Positions 8,251-20,905 of a DNA stretch of 64,000 nt are shown here, piece by piece; position 1 is the first letter of the stretch, and every line of letters starts with the position of its first letter. The notes under the pieces were generated by a model. The model worked only from the letters and a program-made list of their open reading frames with translations, was not told the origin of the DNA and did not search any database. This DNA comes from Octopus sinensis (taxonomy: Eukaryota), in assembly GCF_006345805.1 (NCBI RefSeq), contig NC_043002.1, positions 70,556,001-70,620,000 of the forward strand, given 5' to 3'. The translations under genes were made by a program, and so were the position numbers.

Positions 8251-11200
8251 AATGGTAACGATGAGTCCCATATACGCTATGACGACGGACTAAATTTAAA
8301 GAATAATTTCGGTTTGTCCTTCTAGATTCTAATATGGAATCCTGAAATTGCTGAATTTGTCATCAACGCGGGGTCGACGAAATATGTACCAACCACACAC
8401 AAAGGCCCACTTAATCGATAATATTTCATCATGTGAAATAAACAGGCGGACGTTTGCTTCTATGCAAAGAGTTAAATTTTGAGAACGGAAGATTAATGGA
8501 AACAGTACAGCTACGATTTGGTGTCCTACCACAATAATTCGCTCTGAATTGAATTTACTTTTTGACCCTTAACTATTTTCCCCTACTTTGCATTATAAAA
8601 TGACTTTGTCTCATGGGGAAAGAATTCATTAAATATATTAACTTATTATATTAAACTCTGAACAATTGCTTTAAACAGTTTCTTCTATAAAGATCGATGT
8701 GAAATAGTTTTGTTGATATATTTGCAAACATTCAACCAAGCTATATTGATATCTCGGGTTTCATTAAGCAACTACATTTTCTCATTATTTATTTATTAAA
8801 AGAAAGCAAACAAAGAAATAAGACTTTTGCTATATTTAAGCTGTAATTAGGCAGACTAAATTTAGTTCTGTAATAATCACTTCTGAAACGACTCAAAAGA
8901 TATTACAACCAGCTATTTTAAACAATCACTGATGTTTGAATTCTTTTTCTTTCTCGATATGGTTTTATGTGTTTTTGTGGTAGGTATCCTTTCTTTTCTT
9001 TTATTAAGCTATTGTGTTTTTCCCCCCAACATTATCAGGTTAATAGATCTTCAAATGTGTCTCTGAACTGATAACGACTTCGATAATAGACAAACTATTT
9101 TCCCCATTGATATAAGATAATTTTAATCGGATAGATATTCTGAAATTCAAAGAACAGAAATGCTTCGTATTTCCTGTTTCAATACACGGCAAGATGTATT
9201 ACCAAGGAAATCTTGAAACATAAATAAAAGTAATAATTATCATAAAAATCACTTATTTATGGACAGGAAAATATGTTACACTTGTCTGTTTTAAATAATG
9301 GCTACATATATTACAGACAACATTTCTTAGTAATCAATTATACAGACAGATCGAAGAAAATCTATTTTCGTTCATTTTATCCCGAACTTTATCAATAGAA
9401 TTGTAGTGTTTAAAATATTTTGGCCTAATGTATTTTGAGTTTCAATGAAGAGTGTTTATGTCTTTTTAAGTCACCTGTTCGTGATATTCAAGTGAGAATT
9501 AGGTGCACAATTATATAACTGTTGGTTAAAATAGTTCCTTAGCTGATTTCTTCACATCGTTGTTATTTAGATATTAATAGGAATTCGGAAGTTAAACCAT
9601 CCTTTCATTGTTATTACTTTTTAATACTAACGTGTACTTTCGTACATGTATATTTCATAACAGTAAATCCATCTCCTCTCTTCTTTTCATGGAGATTAAC
9701 AAATAGGTTAAATATGAAACGAATGTTTATGACATTCGTAGTTGTATAAATCTGCAGGTCAGAGAAAATCTGGGCGAGAAAGGAATCCTTTGATTTCTTT
9801 TATGTACAACATTGCAGTGATCAAATAGATAAAGTGTGAACCTTCACCTCATGCCTCTAGAGATTACGTGTAGTTATTGTAGCCGCGGTGTATCTTTTCG
9901 TTAAAGCATTGAACAATTCATACTTCATCTTATCTTACCATAAATTATGTGTCAAAAGTGGACAACTCGTATACAGATGCAGAAATCTCTCGAAATAAAC
10001 GAGGTTTTCGATGGTTTATAGTTTTAATATCGTAACATGCCTATGTTATCACAGAATTTAATATGCCGGTAGAAATAGCTGTTGCCAGGTTATAAAATAT
10101 CTATAGAAACGCTTTATTAGGGGTGAGGGAACTTTTGATTTATGCATTTCAAGAAAAAAAAATCGCCCGCCTTATCATTCTTTCAATATTTTAATAGTTG
10201 CCGTTCATTCTCTTTGTTCGTCAGCCTGTTTTCATTGGATACATTTATTTGATAAACACTCTCTCTTAGACTTAAACATTATATACATCAGATTCTCTAC
10301 TTAGTTTATTTATATAACTGATGCGTCTTTTTGCCTGACGTCATTATCCTTTACATTTCCTTCGACTTTCTCATGTCTCATCACGTTACGATAGAGATTT
10401 AGATTTAATCGCATGCGATAAGATTTTATAGCACTTCTGACTTTATCTAACTCAAACCAAATACTACACAGTGATAACAAAACATTCAACCGAAAGCTAT
10501 AGTTATAATAAAGATGTGCCATTAATTCGGCTCTTCTTTTCGTCACCTCAACTTAATAATCTATGAAAAGACACGAGGGCTAATGGTTAGGCAACTGGGA
10601 TCTCGAATCCCTGACAGGAGGGTTCGTGCCCCTGTAGTCTATTCAGCTGACACAATGTATGTCAAGAGCGACATGGAAGGGTGTGAAATATTTTTAGAAA
10701 TATTTTTATGGTTAACAGCACATAAACCATACTTCATTTGAATTTTTTTGTGAATTTGATTGTTGCATATCAAATCATGCATTGATATAGTTCTGAACGT
10801 GTTTGGTGATGCCTGTAAAATAACAAAGTATAAAAGAAAGCATACATCCGGGGATTACTCTCATTTAGGAGTTAATTTAATAGAGAAAAATAAAGGAATA
10901 TAATCTGTTAGTTGTTAGCAGAAGAAATATGAAAGAGGCTACTCTTTTGAATCACAAATATGAGACTACTGAGTATTATCATTCTAGGGAAGCTATTATG
11001 GAAATGTAATTTTTATCCATAAGTATGAATTTTATAATTCTTACTTCACTGAAACTATTTGGCCATTTAATTAGAGGTACGCTAAAAGGCTGCGAACTGG
11101 TAGATTCATTAGAGCGGAGACAAATGCCTCACGGTATTTTTCTTGGTCCTTTAAATTTTGTGTTCGAATCGATCTTTGATTTTTATTTCTGTCGATCAAT

Positions 11201-12374
11201 AATTACAATACCAGCGAAATACTAGGGTAGATATCATCGATTGACTCCTCTGTCATTCAGGAACCAACGAACAAAATATTCATTACTTACGTAAAAACCG
11301 AAATAGAAATTTCGTGGGGAGAAGAAGAGACAGTCATATCAATCTTAGTACTTCATTGGTTTTTAATTTCAGAATTTATAGTGATGCGGGTAAATATCTC
11401 AAGCCATTTTCTCCGTCAGTGTCACTTTTGTCACACTATCACCCTTGTTATGGATATGACGATAGCTTCAAATATAGCGTCAAGACTACATTTGTTGGAA
11501 GGGGTCTATCGATTTAATTAACCTTAGCAATTGTTCGCTACTTACTTCATGGTTAAAGGAATATTAGTTATTAACGCACCTTTCCTCTTCTGGCTAATTT
11601 TCATTACATGCTAAGTTGTATGTATGATTCAAGAACGCGTTACGTTATTTAACGGAATATAATGCAACGACCAATACAATAAAATACTTGAAACAGGCAT
11701 CTCTATTAAATATGATTCTTTACAAAAATTGATAAGAATTTCATAAAATGTCACAAGAACACTTAGTTAAAGATTGGGGAAATAGAATTAATTGAAAGAA
11801 CAAATGTATATATTTCACCAATCTAACAAGGATGCGAACACAAAGATGACGATAGTATTCGGACTCAGAACGTTGATTATCATTTTGGCAGATGATGTAC
11901 AGTTTCTTTGATTTAACTGTAACGACCCTCAGCATGATAAAAAGTTTTTGTATTTTTGGTCAATTTGTTTGACCAGTCATCACTCACAACTCAATTTAAT
12001 ATAAATGATAAAGACTCCTTCTCCAGTCCTATGAACTCATTAACGTTCGTTTACCCGGTTTCCATGGCGTGTATACAGACTTGGACAAAATAATGGAGCA
12101 GATGAGAAAAATAGAGACTATGATTGAAAATAATTTACTTAATAATTGAAAATAATTTACTTAATAATTGAAAACAGTACAATAAATATCTTATCAATAA
12201 TTAGCATTCGACTTATCCTAATTTCGCTTTTATAACCGCTTTTATGCGTCTATGCATACTTGAGACTAAGATGGTGCAAGTGCCTGGGTCAATTTTATGC
12301 CAGTCATTGTGGAAATTTTCTGCCACTCATGAAGTGAATAACTTATTGATAACTTATCGACGTTAAATATTTAC

Positions 12375-12739
12375 TTTATTACTCTTTTACTATTTCAGTC
12401 ATTTGATGCTGGAGCACCGCCTTTAGTCGAGCAAATCGACCCTATGATTTATTCTTTGTAAGCCTAGTACTTATCCTATCGGTCACTTTTGCCGAAACGC
12501 AAAGTTACGGGGACGTAAACACACCAGTATCATTTGTTAAGCGATGAGGAGGGGGGGGCGCAAACACAGACACACAAATACATACATATATATACATATA
12601 CACATATATACGACGGGCTTTTTTCAGTTTCCGTCTACCATATCCACTCACAAGGCTTTGGTCAGCTCGAGTGCCACGCAGTGGAACTGAACCCAGGAAT
12701 ATGTGGCTGGTAAGCAAAATACTTACCACACAGCCACTC
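12375..12739 (-). mobile_element. tRNA/CORE-like/Nin-like SINE (family C) inserted inside the Tc1 element
   Basis: Homologous to the copies at 38678-39075, 40229-40650 and 52034-52448. Contains an internal (CA/TA) microsatellite and a (AGAGTAA)-type tail. Confidence 0.82.
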
Positions 12740-12744
12740 TGAAA

Positions 12745-13810
12745 ATGTCTCCGAAGTAACGGATTCCTGAAGTTCAAAGTGCTTGAATCTTTGCATTATT
12801 CTGTGAATGATTCTCTTATGTTAGTATTGCAAGAAAATTGAAATACTAGAGGGAAGGTGTCGAAACAACCATCAGAAGTTACAGTGAGACCAATTCTTTT
12901 AAATACTGTAAGGGATGATGTCGCAAAGTATACAACCATAAGCGAAGACAGGTTGCTGAGAGGACATCTCTGGCCGATAGGAAAAATACCTCTTCTGACG
13001 TAACTTTTGTGTTTCGGATTGCAATAGCCAAAGAGATATCTACTCGCTCAGTGAGAAGGTTGCTAGAAAGTAGGCTCAAAGGATGTATTGTCAGAAAGAA
13101 GCCGTATCTGTCTGAGATGAACATGAAGAAATGATTGTCTTGGGAAAAAGTGAATGAAAATTGGACTGATGGTGTTTGGGCTAAAGTTGTTTGGTCTGAT
13201 AAAAGTAACTTTGAGGTAGGTTCTCCATATTCATTTCCACCACTTTTCTAGACATAATTGAAATTCTTACGCTTTTACAAAAATGAACCCTTGGAGCTGT
13301 TTATATTCACCGTAGAGGTGGAGATGCTTATCAACCTGGATAAAATTTGGAGGAGGCATAAGGTTTTAGGGCTGCATGTCATCTTCAGGAATGTTGTTCA
13401 CTTGTGAGGGTAGAATGAATTCCAACACTTACACCAGCATGTTAAATCAAGTTTATTTACCTTCCTTGGCTAAAATTCTCAATTATAACATCCCAGACTG
13501 TGAAATCTTTCAACAAGACAATGCTCCATGCCACACATCCAAAGGGTCAATGACTTGGTTCGAGGAGAAAGGAATGAGGATGATGAAATGGCTCCCTCGG
13601 TCTCCAGATCTCAATCCCATTGAACATTTGTGGTCACACCTAGGTAGAAGAGCGAGGGTGCACAAATGTCCTTCAAAAAGTGAATTAGAAACCATAATTC
13701 ATGAATAGCAGCAGAGAATTGACCCAGACACTTGTGCCAACTTAGTCTCAAGTATGTAAAAACACATAAAAGTGGTTATACAAGCAAAAGGAGGACAAAT
13801 CAAATACTAA
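12745..13810 (+). pseudogene. Tc1 (DD34E) transposase pseudogene
   Basis: HTH remnant (SYVSIARKLK), RKKPYLS, WSDKSNFE, FQQDNAPCHTS, WLPRSPDLNPIEHLW and KGGQIKY*, with multiple stops and frameshifts. Confidence 0.88.
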
Positions 13811-15737
13811 TTGTTCATGGGGTAGACTCTAGAAAGTTTATTATACTGATTTCAATTATTAAGTAAATGAGTTTCAATCATATTTCTATATTTTTCCATA
13901 CCTGCTCCATAATTCTGGCCAAAGCTGTATATTTACCAACTAGACGGGACTGGAGCAACGTGAAATAAAATGTTTTGCTCAAGAACACAACGCCTCGCCC
14001 GCTCCTGAAACTGGCCTCACAATCTGATAATTATGAATCCAACATCCTAAGCATTAATCCACACGCCCCAACAACGCAAGTCATTTACAACAACCAATAG
14101 AAACGGGGATTTACAATATACATATTATTCACGGCGTACATAGCATCTCTTACTTTAATGCAATAGCAAAGTGATGTTAATGTCGCGTGGGATTGAAGTA
14201 TTTACTGAACCTTCCTACGTTAAAAGTTGAATATGTGTCCAATGGCACAAAATGTGACACTTAAAATTTGAATAATGAACAGTGCGATAAGAACCAAGCC
14301 AACAAATTTCAATTTTACACCTACAAACACATACACAGATACACGCATCGCGCGCGCGTACTCACACACACACACGTATACGCACGCACACACACGCCAT
14401 CAAAAACGTTCTGATGAGTTTTCAGAAATACAAGTTTCCTTATAGACTTTTAAAGAGCCATTTGTGTAGTAATATATGTCACTGTTAAAAGCAGAGACAC
14501 AGTAAACTTTGTAAGGCTTTACAGTTTTATACTTTGAATACTCCAAATACATGATCAGAAGTGGAGTAGCACTTTAACGATCTGCGAAACTACTCCACAT
14601 CGCTAGACATGTTTTTGAACCGTCTAATGTGAATTTAGAAGAGATTTAGGTTTATGCTATGAGGCAGTAATTAACTATATAGATTTTTAGTAACAACATG
14701 TATGGCGTCAAACCAACATAATTAATTTGAGCGAATAAGCTAATGTACCATATAATTTGTAATTTCATCTTTGTTAATATTTTTATTAGGAGTATGCCAA
14801 AAATGAATTGTGAACGTCTAACATTTATCATTGCCAGCACTAAATATTAATTAATTAAACCTTATATGCCATGCCATGAAAATGATGGAATAATTTTCAT
14901 GAAACCAAAATAAATAAATGAATAGATAAATAACTAAATAAAACAAGAAAGTTTAATAAATTTGTTTCAAATGAAACTAAATTTGTTTTTGTATGAATAT
15001 TTTTAAAACTATGTAATTTTAATTTCGTAATAAATTGAAGTGGAAATAGTATGAATTTATTTTGCTTTGTTGACTTTAATACGTGTGATTTGACTTCACC
15101 TCAAGCAATATCATCTTTAACTGACTTTGTATTTTTAACATTCTAATAAGTTTGCCTAAATTCAAGAATGATATTACCGGAATTAAAATATTGAAAATAA
15201 ACAGAATCATAAACAAGAACAGCAAACAACGTCAAAAACGAAACTAACAAATGACCAAGATTAGCTTGGAAATATAAAACACGTGTTGATGTTTCCATAA
15301 CACCATTTTTATAAACGCTGCGACATCAGTGGTAATTTGGAGTGAATGTTTTGTTCTTGTAATTGATACGGCTTCCTGTAACGTACACGATTAGATACGG
15401 TATTTAACAGAGAACTAACACAAGTTAAACATGTTTATCATTAATATTAATAAAACATCATCACTGACATCGATAAATGGTGCTTTTTTTGTTATTTGTA
15501 AACGAATTATAAGGAATTGCATTAGAATCTTGTATCCATAATAATGAGGATGTTATACAACCAAATTATTCCGTTCTGAAGTATTATTGTCGCATTGTCT
15601 TCTAACGCTTTATGATATGCGCAGACGTCTATATATCTCATTGAAAAGATGTGTAATTATAAGATCATAACATTTTACTTTGCATTTCGAAGAAGACAAA
15701 TGAGATATAAATGAGGCAAGTAGTAATATATTGTGGC

Positions 15738-16115
15738 CTTCCGCCAGTTACGACGACGAGGGTTCCAGTTGATCCGATCAATGTAACAGCCAGCTGCTCG
15801 TGAAATTAACGTGCAAGTGGCTGAGCACTCCACAGACACGTGTACCCTTAACGTAGTTCTCGGGGAGAATCAGCTTGACACAGAGTGTGAGAAGGTTGGC
15901 TCTTTGAAATGCAGGTACAACAGAAACGAGAAGAAAGAGTGAGAGAAAATTGTGGTGAAAAAGTATAGCAGGGTTCGCCACCACTCACTGCCGGAGCCTC
16001 GTGAAGCTTTAAGTGTTTTCATGCAATAAACACTAACAACGCCCGTTTTGGGAATCGAAACCGCTATGCTACGACCACGAGCCCGCTGCCTTAAACACTG
16101 GGCCATTGCGCCACC
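15738..16115 (-). mobile_element. SINE family A
   Basis: Colinear with 6501-6884. Confidence 0.85.
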
Positions 16116-16442
16116 ACAGTAATGTATATGTGTTAAATGTATGTATGTGTGTCTGTATGTGTGTGTATTATGTTTGACACCCATCACTATTAGTTAAATC
16201 ACGTCTTCGCAAATTAGGGATTCGGCAAAAGAGATCGATAGAATAAACAGCAGGCTTAAAAATGAGTATCGGAGTTGATATGTTTGATTACACATTTTAA
16301 AAACTAAAAAAAATATTCATGCATACCTAAATAAAGGGAAATGATTTCATCCATGAATAAAATTCTCATAGCAGCATCAACCTAAGAGAAAGCAGCTGTA
16401 TGATAGGTTGACTGAAAGAGCCGTCATATTTCTTTTACGTTA

Positions 16443-17245
16443 AGCGGCGAGTTGGCAGAAACGTTAGCACGGCGGGTGAAATACTTAGCGGTATTTCGTT
16501 TGCCTCTACGTTCTGAGTTCAAATTCCGCCGAGGTCAACTTTGCCTTTCATCCTTTCGGGGTCGATTAAATAAGTACCAGTTACGGACTGGGGTCGATAT
16601 AATCGACTTAATCCGTTTGTCTGTCCTTGTTTGTCCTCTCTGTGTTTAGCCCCTTGTGGGTAGTAAAGAAATAGGTATTTCGTCTGTCTTTACGTTCTGA
16701 GTTCAAATTCCGTCGAGGTGGACTTTACCTTTCGGGATCGATAAATTAAGTACCAGTTACGTACTGGGATTAATCTAATCGAATGGCCCCGTTCCCTCAA
16801 AATGTCAGGCCTTGTGCCTAGTAGAAAAGAATAATTGTAGCTTGAAAGGCGGGGATCTGGCAGAAACGTTAGCATGCCGGGCGAAATGCTTAGCGGTATT
16901 TCGTCTGCCGTTACGTTCTGAGTTCAAATTCCGCCGAGGTGGACTTTGCCTTTCATCCTTTCGGGGTCGATTAAATAAGTAGCAGTTACGCACTGGAATC
17001 GATATAATCGACTTAATTCGTTTGTCTGTCCTTGTTTGTCCTTTCTGTGTTTAGCCCCTTGTGGGTAGTAAAGAAATAGGTATTTCGTCTCTCTTTGCGT
17101 TGTGAGTTCAAATTCCGGCGCAGTCGACTTTGCCTTCAATCCTTTCTGGGTTGATAAATTAAGTACCAGCTGCATGCTACGCTCGATCTAATCGACTGGC
17201 CCCCTCCCTCAAAATTTCAGACCTTGTGTCTAGAGTAGAAAAGAG
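16443..17245 (+). mobile_element. Two tandem family-B SINE dimers within one 16-bp TSD
   Basis: Copies at ~16443-16836 and ~16846-17245. TATTTCTTTTACGTTA occurs at 16427-16442 and 17246-17261. Confidence 0.85.
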
Positions 17246-17800
17246 TATTTCTTTTACGTTACACGTAGACTACTCCAAAAGGTCGTCGCAGACAGCGTAA
17301 TGAAATACTTGATGTGTATGTCTGAAAAAAAGACGGAGCATCGGAATAAACCGGAAACATAGATCTATTACTGTTTTGTTCTAAATTCAAATACCACTCA
17401 AACCAATTTACTCTAATTTCTTCTAGGTTCAATGAAATACGTTCTGTTTGGTGTTCGTTATTGCAACAGTCGAATATTAACAAATTTATGATCAAACCTA
17501 CCGTCTTGTTTACTAACACCATATCATTTGAGAGAGAAATTTGTCTACTATTCCTAACTGATAAAGTGACCGAATAAATACTACCAGTGGAAGAGAGCGG
17601 GTGTAATATACTCACCCACTTCTATTTTAAAAATTATGTTCTGCAACATAGTTTGTGAGAATCCTATTGATCTGATAGTGAAGAACTAATACATTTGTAA
17701 CACGCACTGGAAAAGGCGTGGCGGCATTTCTCAGACATGTTCTTTATTATGGTCTGATTGCTAAGGATTGCTTATTCACACACACACACACACACATATA

Positions 17801-17831
<31 letters not shown>

Positions 17832-18090
17832 TTAATGACGACACCTGACTTAGTGGGATTATCTCCAAGGTCGAGCGACGTTTTGTGTCCTTGAATAAGG
17901 CGTTTCATTTCATGCTGCTCTAGCCTTCACAACACAAACTACCAGTACAGGCCTTGTCACCCTCCAACTATTACACCCTCAATATTCCGCTATGTCAAGA
18001 AGGAACAGGCTGGAAATCTATCTATTTCTGGTTGCGATTGCGCAACAACTTACAACAATTCTCACAACGAGGCCGCAGTAAATGTCGAGT

Positions 18091-18323
18091 AAGGAGGCGA
18101 GCTGGCAGAAACGTTAGCATGCCGGGCGAAATGCTTAGCGGTATTTCGTCTGCCTCTACGTTCTGAGTTCAAATTCCACCGAGGTCGACTTTGCCTTTCA
18201 TCCTTTCGGGATCGATTAAATAAGTAGCAGTTACGCACTGGAATCGATATAATTGATTTAATCTGTATGTCAGTCCTTGTTTGTCTCCTCTGTGTGTTGT
18301 CCCTTGTGGGCAGTAAAGAAATA
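18091..18323 (+). mobile_element. Monomeric family-B SINE ending at the Tx1-like tail, 14-bp TSD
   Basis: AGTAAATGTCGAGT occurs at 18077-18090 and 18324-18337. Confidence 0.88.
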
Positions 18324-20197
18324 AGTAAATGTCGAGTGACGACTATAGTTTCGTTTATTATGGGTTATTTCATGAAACAGATTGCCACCAACGTTGGTTA
18401 CAACGGAACAATCACCAATTTTATACATTCCTGACGAAGAGAAGATGAGAGTGATATAGGAAGGACAAGAACTCGCGACAGAAGTAATATCAAACATTCA
18501 TCTGATAGTATTGCACATATATATACAGAGCTGCCCCCCCCCCCACGCACGAATATATAAACTATGGGCATGCGGTTTTCATGTTCCAAATTTGGTCAAC
18601 TCGAAACTATCATAGAAAACACTCGAACAATGGAATAGAACACAGAACTACGTGATTACATTGCGATCTTCTCAATCAACCAACTATATTTACTTTCATG
18701 TTATAACGCTTAAAACTAATTAACGAACCAATCACATATGGAATACTAAACCGTTAGGTAAATATTAATTTATTTCTTAGATAAAATGAATTAACATATC
18801 ATTTTACTTGGCATTATTTGCTGAACAGAAATTTGGATTCGAAACAATTCTGAACGATACTTCACTTCGAGATTTCCATATTGTTATATTTAAACATTTT
18901 CCTCCATACTTATTTTCCATTTATTTAAACAGGGAGAAATTTTATTGTAATTCTGTTGTTATTTCATTAAATTTTACATTCCGAGCTTCTATTACGATAA
19001 TACTTTGCTTCTAGGCCACATAGCTCTTATTTTTAGGACATTGCTTCCAATTTGTTGACCAATAATTCACTCGGCGACTGGTCTTTGTTATCTTTTAATG
19101 TTTCTTCGCTGCTGACTGTAATTCCGAAAGATTATATCTTTAATTCTAGATTTACAACTAATTTCTTGACTTACACATTTATAAGAACTTCATTTCTTTA
19201 AACTGCAGACATTAGATACAGTGAAAGATTTTAAAACGTTTTTACTTTTGTTGCCTGAAACTCTATTTCGTTAGATTATGTTCGTTGATGAATAATGGAG
19301 AAGAGAAAGCTAAAATGTAGAAAATAACATATAGAAGTGAAATAAGTATAAAATAAAGTATAATGTAATAAATGACGTGAAAGAAACTTCGAAAACGAGT
19401 GTATGAATCTGAGTGTAATTTACTGAATTCAACAAGAACCACAACAGTAACATCAACCACAACAACAACAAGTACTGAAATGCAACGAACATATACTGAA
19501 TTGTTTGTTCTTCGTATGCTTTTTACTGAAAGTAATGATTACGAAGCCATTCGAAGCATATTAAGGGATTCATTTATATATTTTGTTACTTTTTATTATT
19601 GTTATGCTGTATTATGAGTTTGTTTATTCTTCAGTAAAAATTGGTTCATCAACAAGTAATCATTTCTTAGCAGAAATACAAGGAACTGAGTTTTCAAATG
19701 TTATTATGGTTAGTCTACTTTGTATTCCGTGTAGAAGTATATTAGCTGAAGAAAATTAATGTTTTATTATCATTCTAATCATGTATAATACTCATCTGCG
19801 AGAAGAATGTTTTAGTAATGTGATCTGCAGACAGATTTACATAACGTAATTTGGTTGCTCTGTAACAACAAATGACGGTGACAACTGTAGCTAAGAATGT
19901 GTAACATCAGTTCAATGCTATGTTGAAATCTATGAATAAAAGTTAGATAAATTGATATCTACCTACCTCTTTGATAGTTGCAGATAAAGAGCTCGGTAGT
20001 GATACTGGAAATACACTGAAGGCAGGAATTCAGCGTACAGTTACTTGCAACGCATTATGTACTGCTAAATATCTCCGCCACAGTTAAAGGTTCAGTTTAT
20101 GCAGTCGTAAAAATGTAACTTCGTCAGAGAAATTTTATCCATATAAATATTTGTTTCGAGTATACCTATTTGTTTACTACCCACAAGGGGTAGTAAA

Positions 20198-20905
20198 GGA
20201 ACTTGGAGCTGCGGAACAAGCAAGGACATCCTTCTTAATCATGTTTACCTTCGACGTTTTGCCTTCACCGGCAAATTTAGTCCGGTGGAACGTACAAACG
20301 ACTGATGAATGTAGAGGCGGAGAGAAAGCGAAGGTGAGATATGTTCTGTCAAACTGCAGGCTAGCACTAGACAGGTAAACATGGCGTCACAACGAAGTCC
20401 TCGGTCTCATAACCGCAATACTCAAGGAGAAGATCGAGAGATATAATAGGAGAGAGTACCCAAAAGTGGAAAAGCACGGGAGGATATATTTCCATGAGGG
20501 AAAAGGACATAAGACCAGGCCTCCAAAAAAGTATACGAAACAGACGAAAGATGGATACTCGGAGCTGGCCGCGGATTTGAAAAGTCTGTTGATATTTTCA
20601 CTCGTAAAAACAATAAAAATACTGGACTTAATTTTATTGCACACAAAATGGAAAATTGGAATTTTGCTAGAGCTGAGAGTGCCATGGGAAGAGGACACCG
20701 CTAATGCCGAGCAACGAAAGGAGAGGAAGAATGAGAGATTAATCGAAGAGTGCAAGGAACAGGGGTGGACTGTCGAGTATTACCAGCTGGGAAATCGTGA
20801 CGGTGGGCCAAGTGAACCATCTCGTTCATTGCAAGGGGATGAGGGCCGCCACGCCGAAAACGGTAGAGGAATAGGGACAGAATACGGACGGGGTTCCTCC
20901 TGGTG
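20198..20905 (+). mobile_element. 5'-truncated HERO-clade-like non-LTR retrotransposon (zinc finger plus restriction-like endonuclease remnant)
   Basis: FLIMFTFDVLPSPANLVRW...VLSNCRLALDR*TWRHNEVL...LDLILL...LLELRVPWEE...ERK...ECKEQGW matches the C-terminal pattern of HERO/R2-superfamily RLE elements. Confidence 0.75.

Larger units (their letters stand above)
12076..13927 (+). mobile_element. Tc1-family DNA transposon (decayed), ~90-bp imperfect TIRs, TA TSD
   Basis: TA|CAGACTTGGACAAAATAATGGAGCAG at 12074 matches the reverse complement of CTGCTCCATAATTCTGGCCAAAGCTG|TA ending at 13929. The left TIR has an internal 22-bp duplication. Confidence 0.88.

Noticed and set aside
19399-19617. 72-aa ORF with Thr-rich linker and hydrophobic end as a host exon
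   Set aside because: The upstream frame has several stops, and I see no recognisable domain or convincing splice sites.
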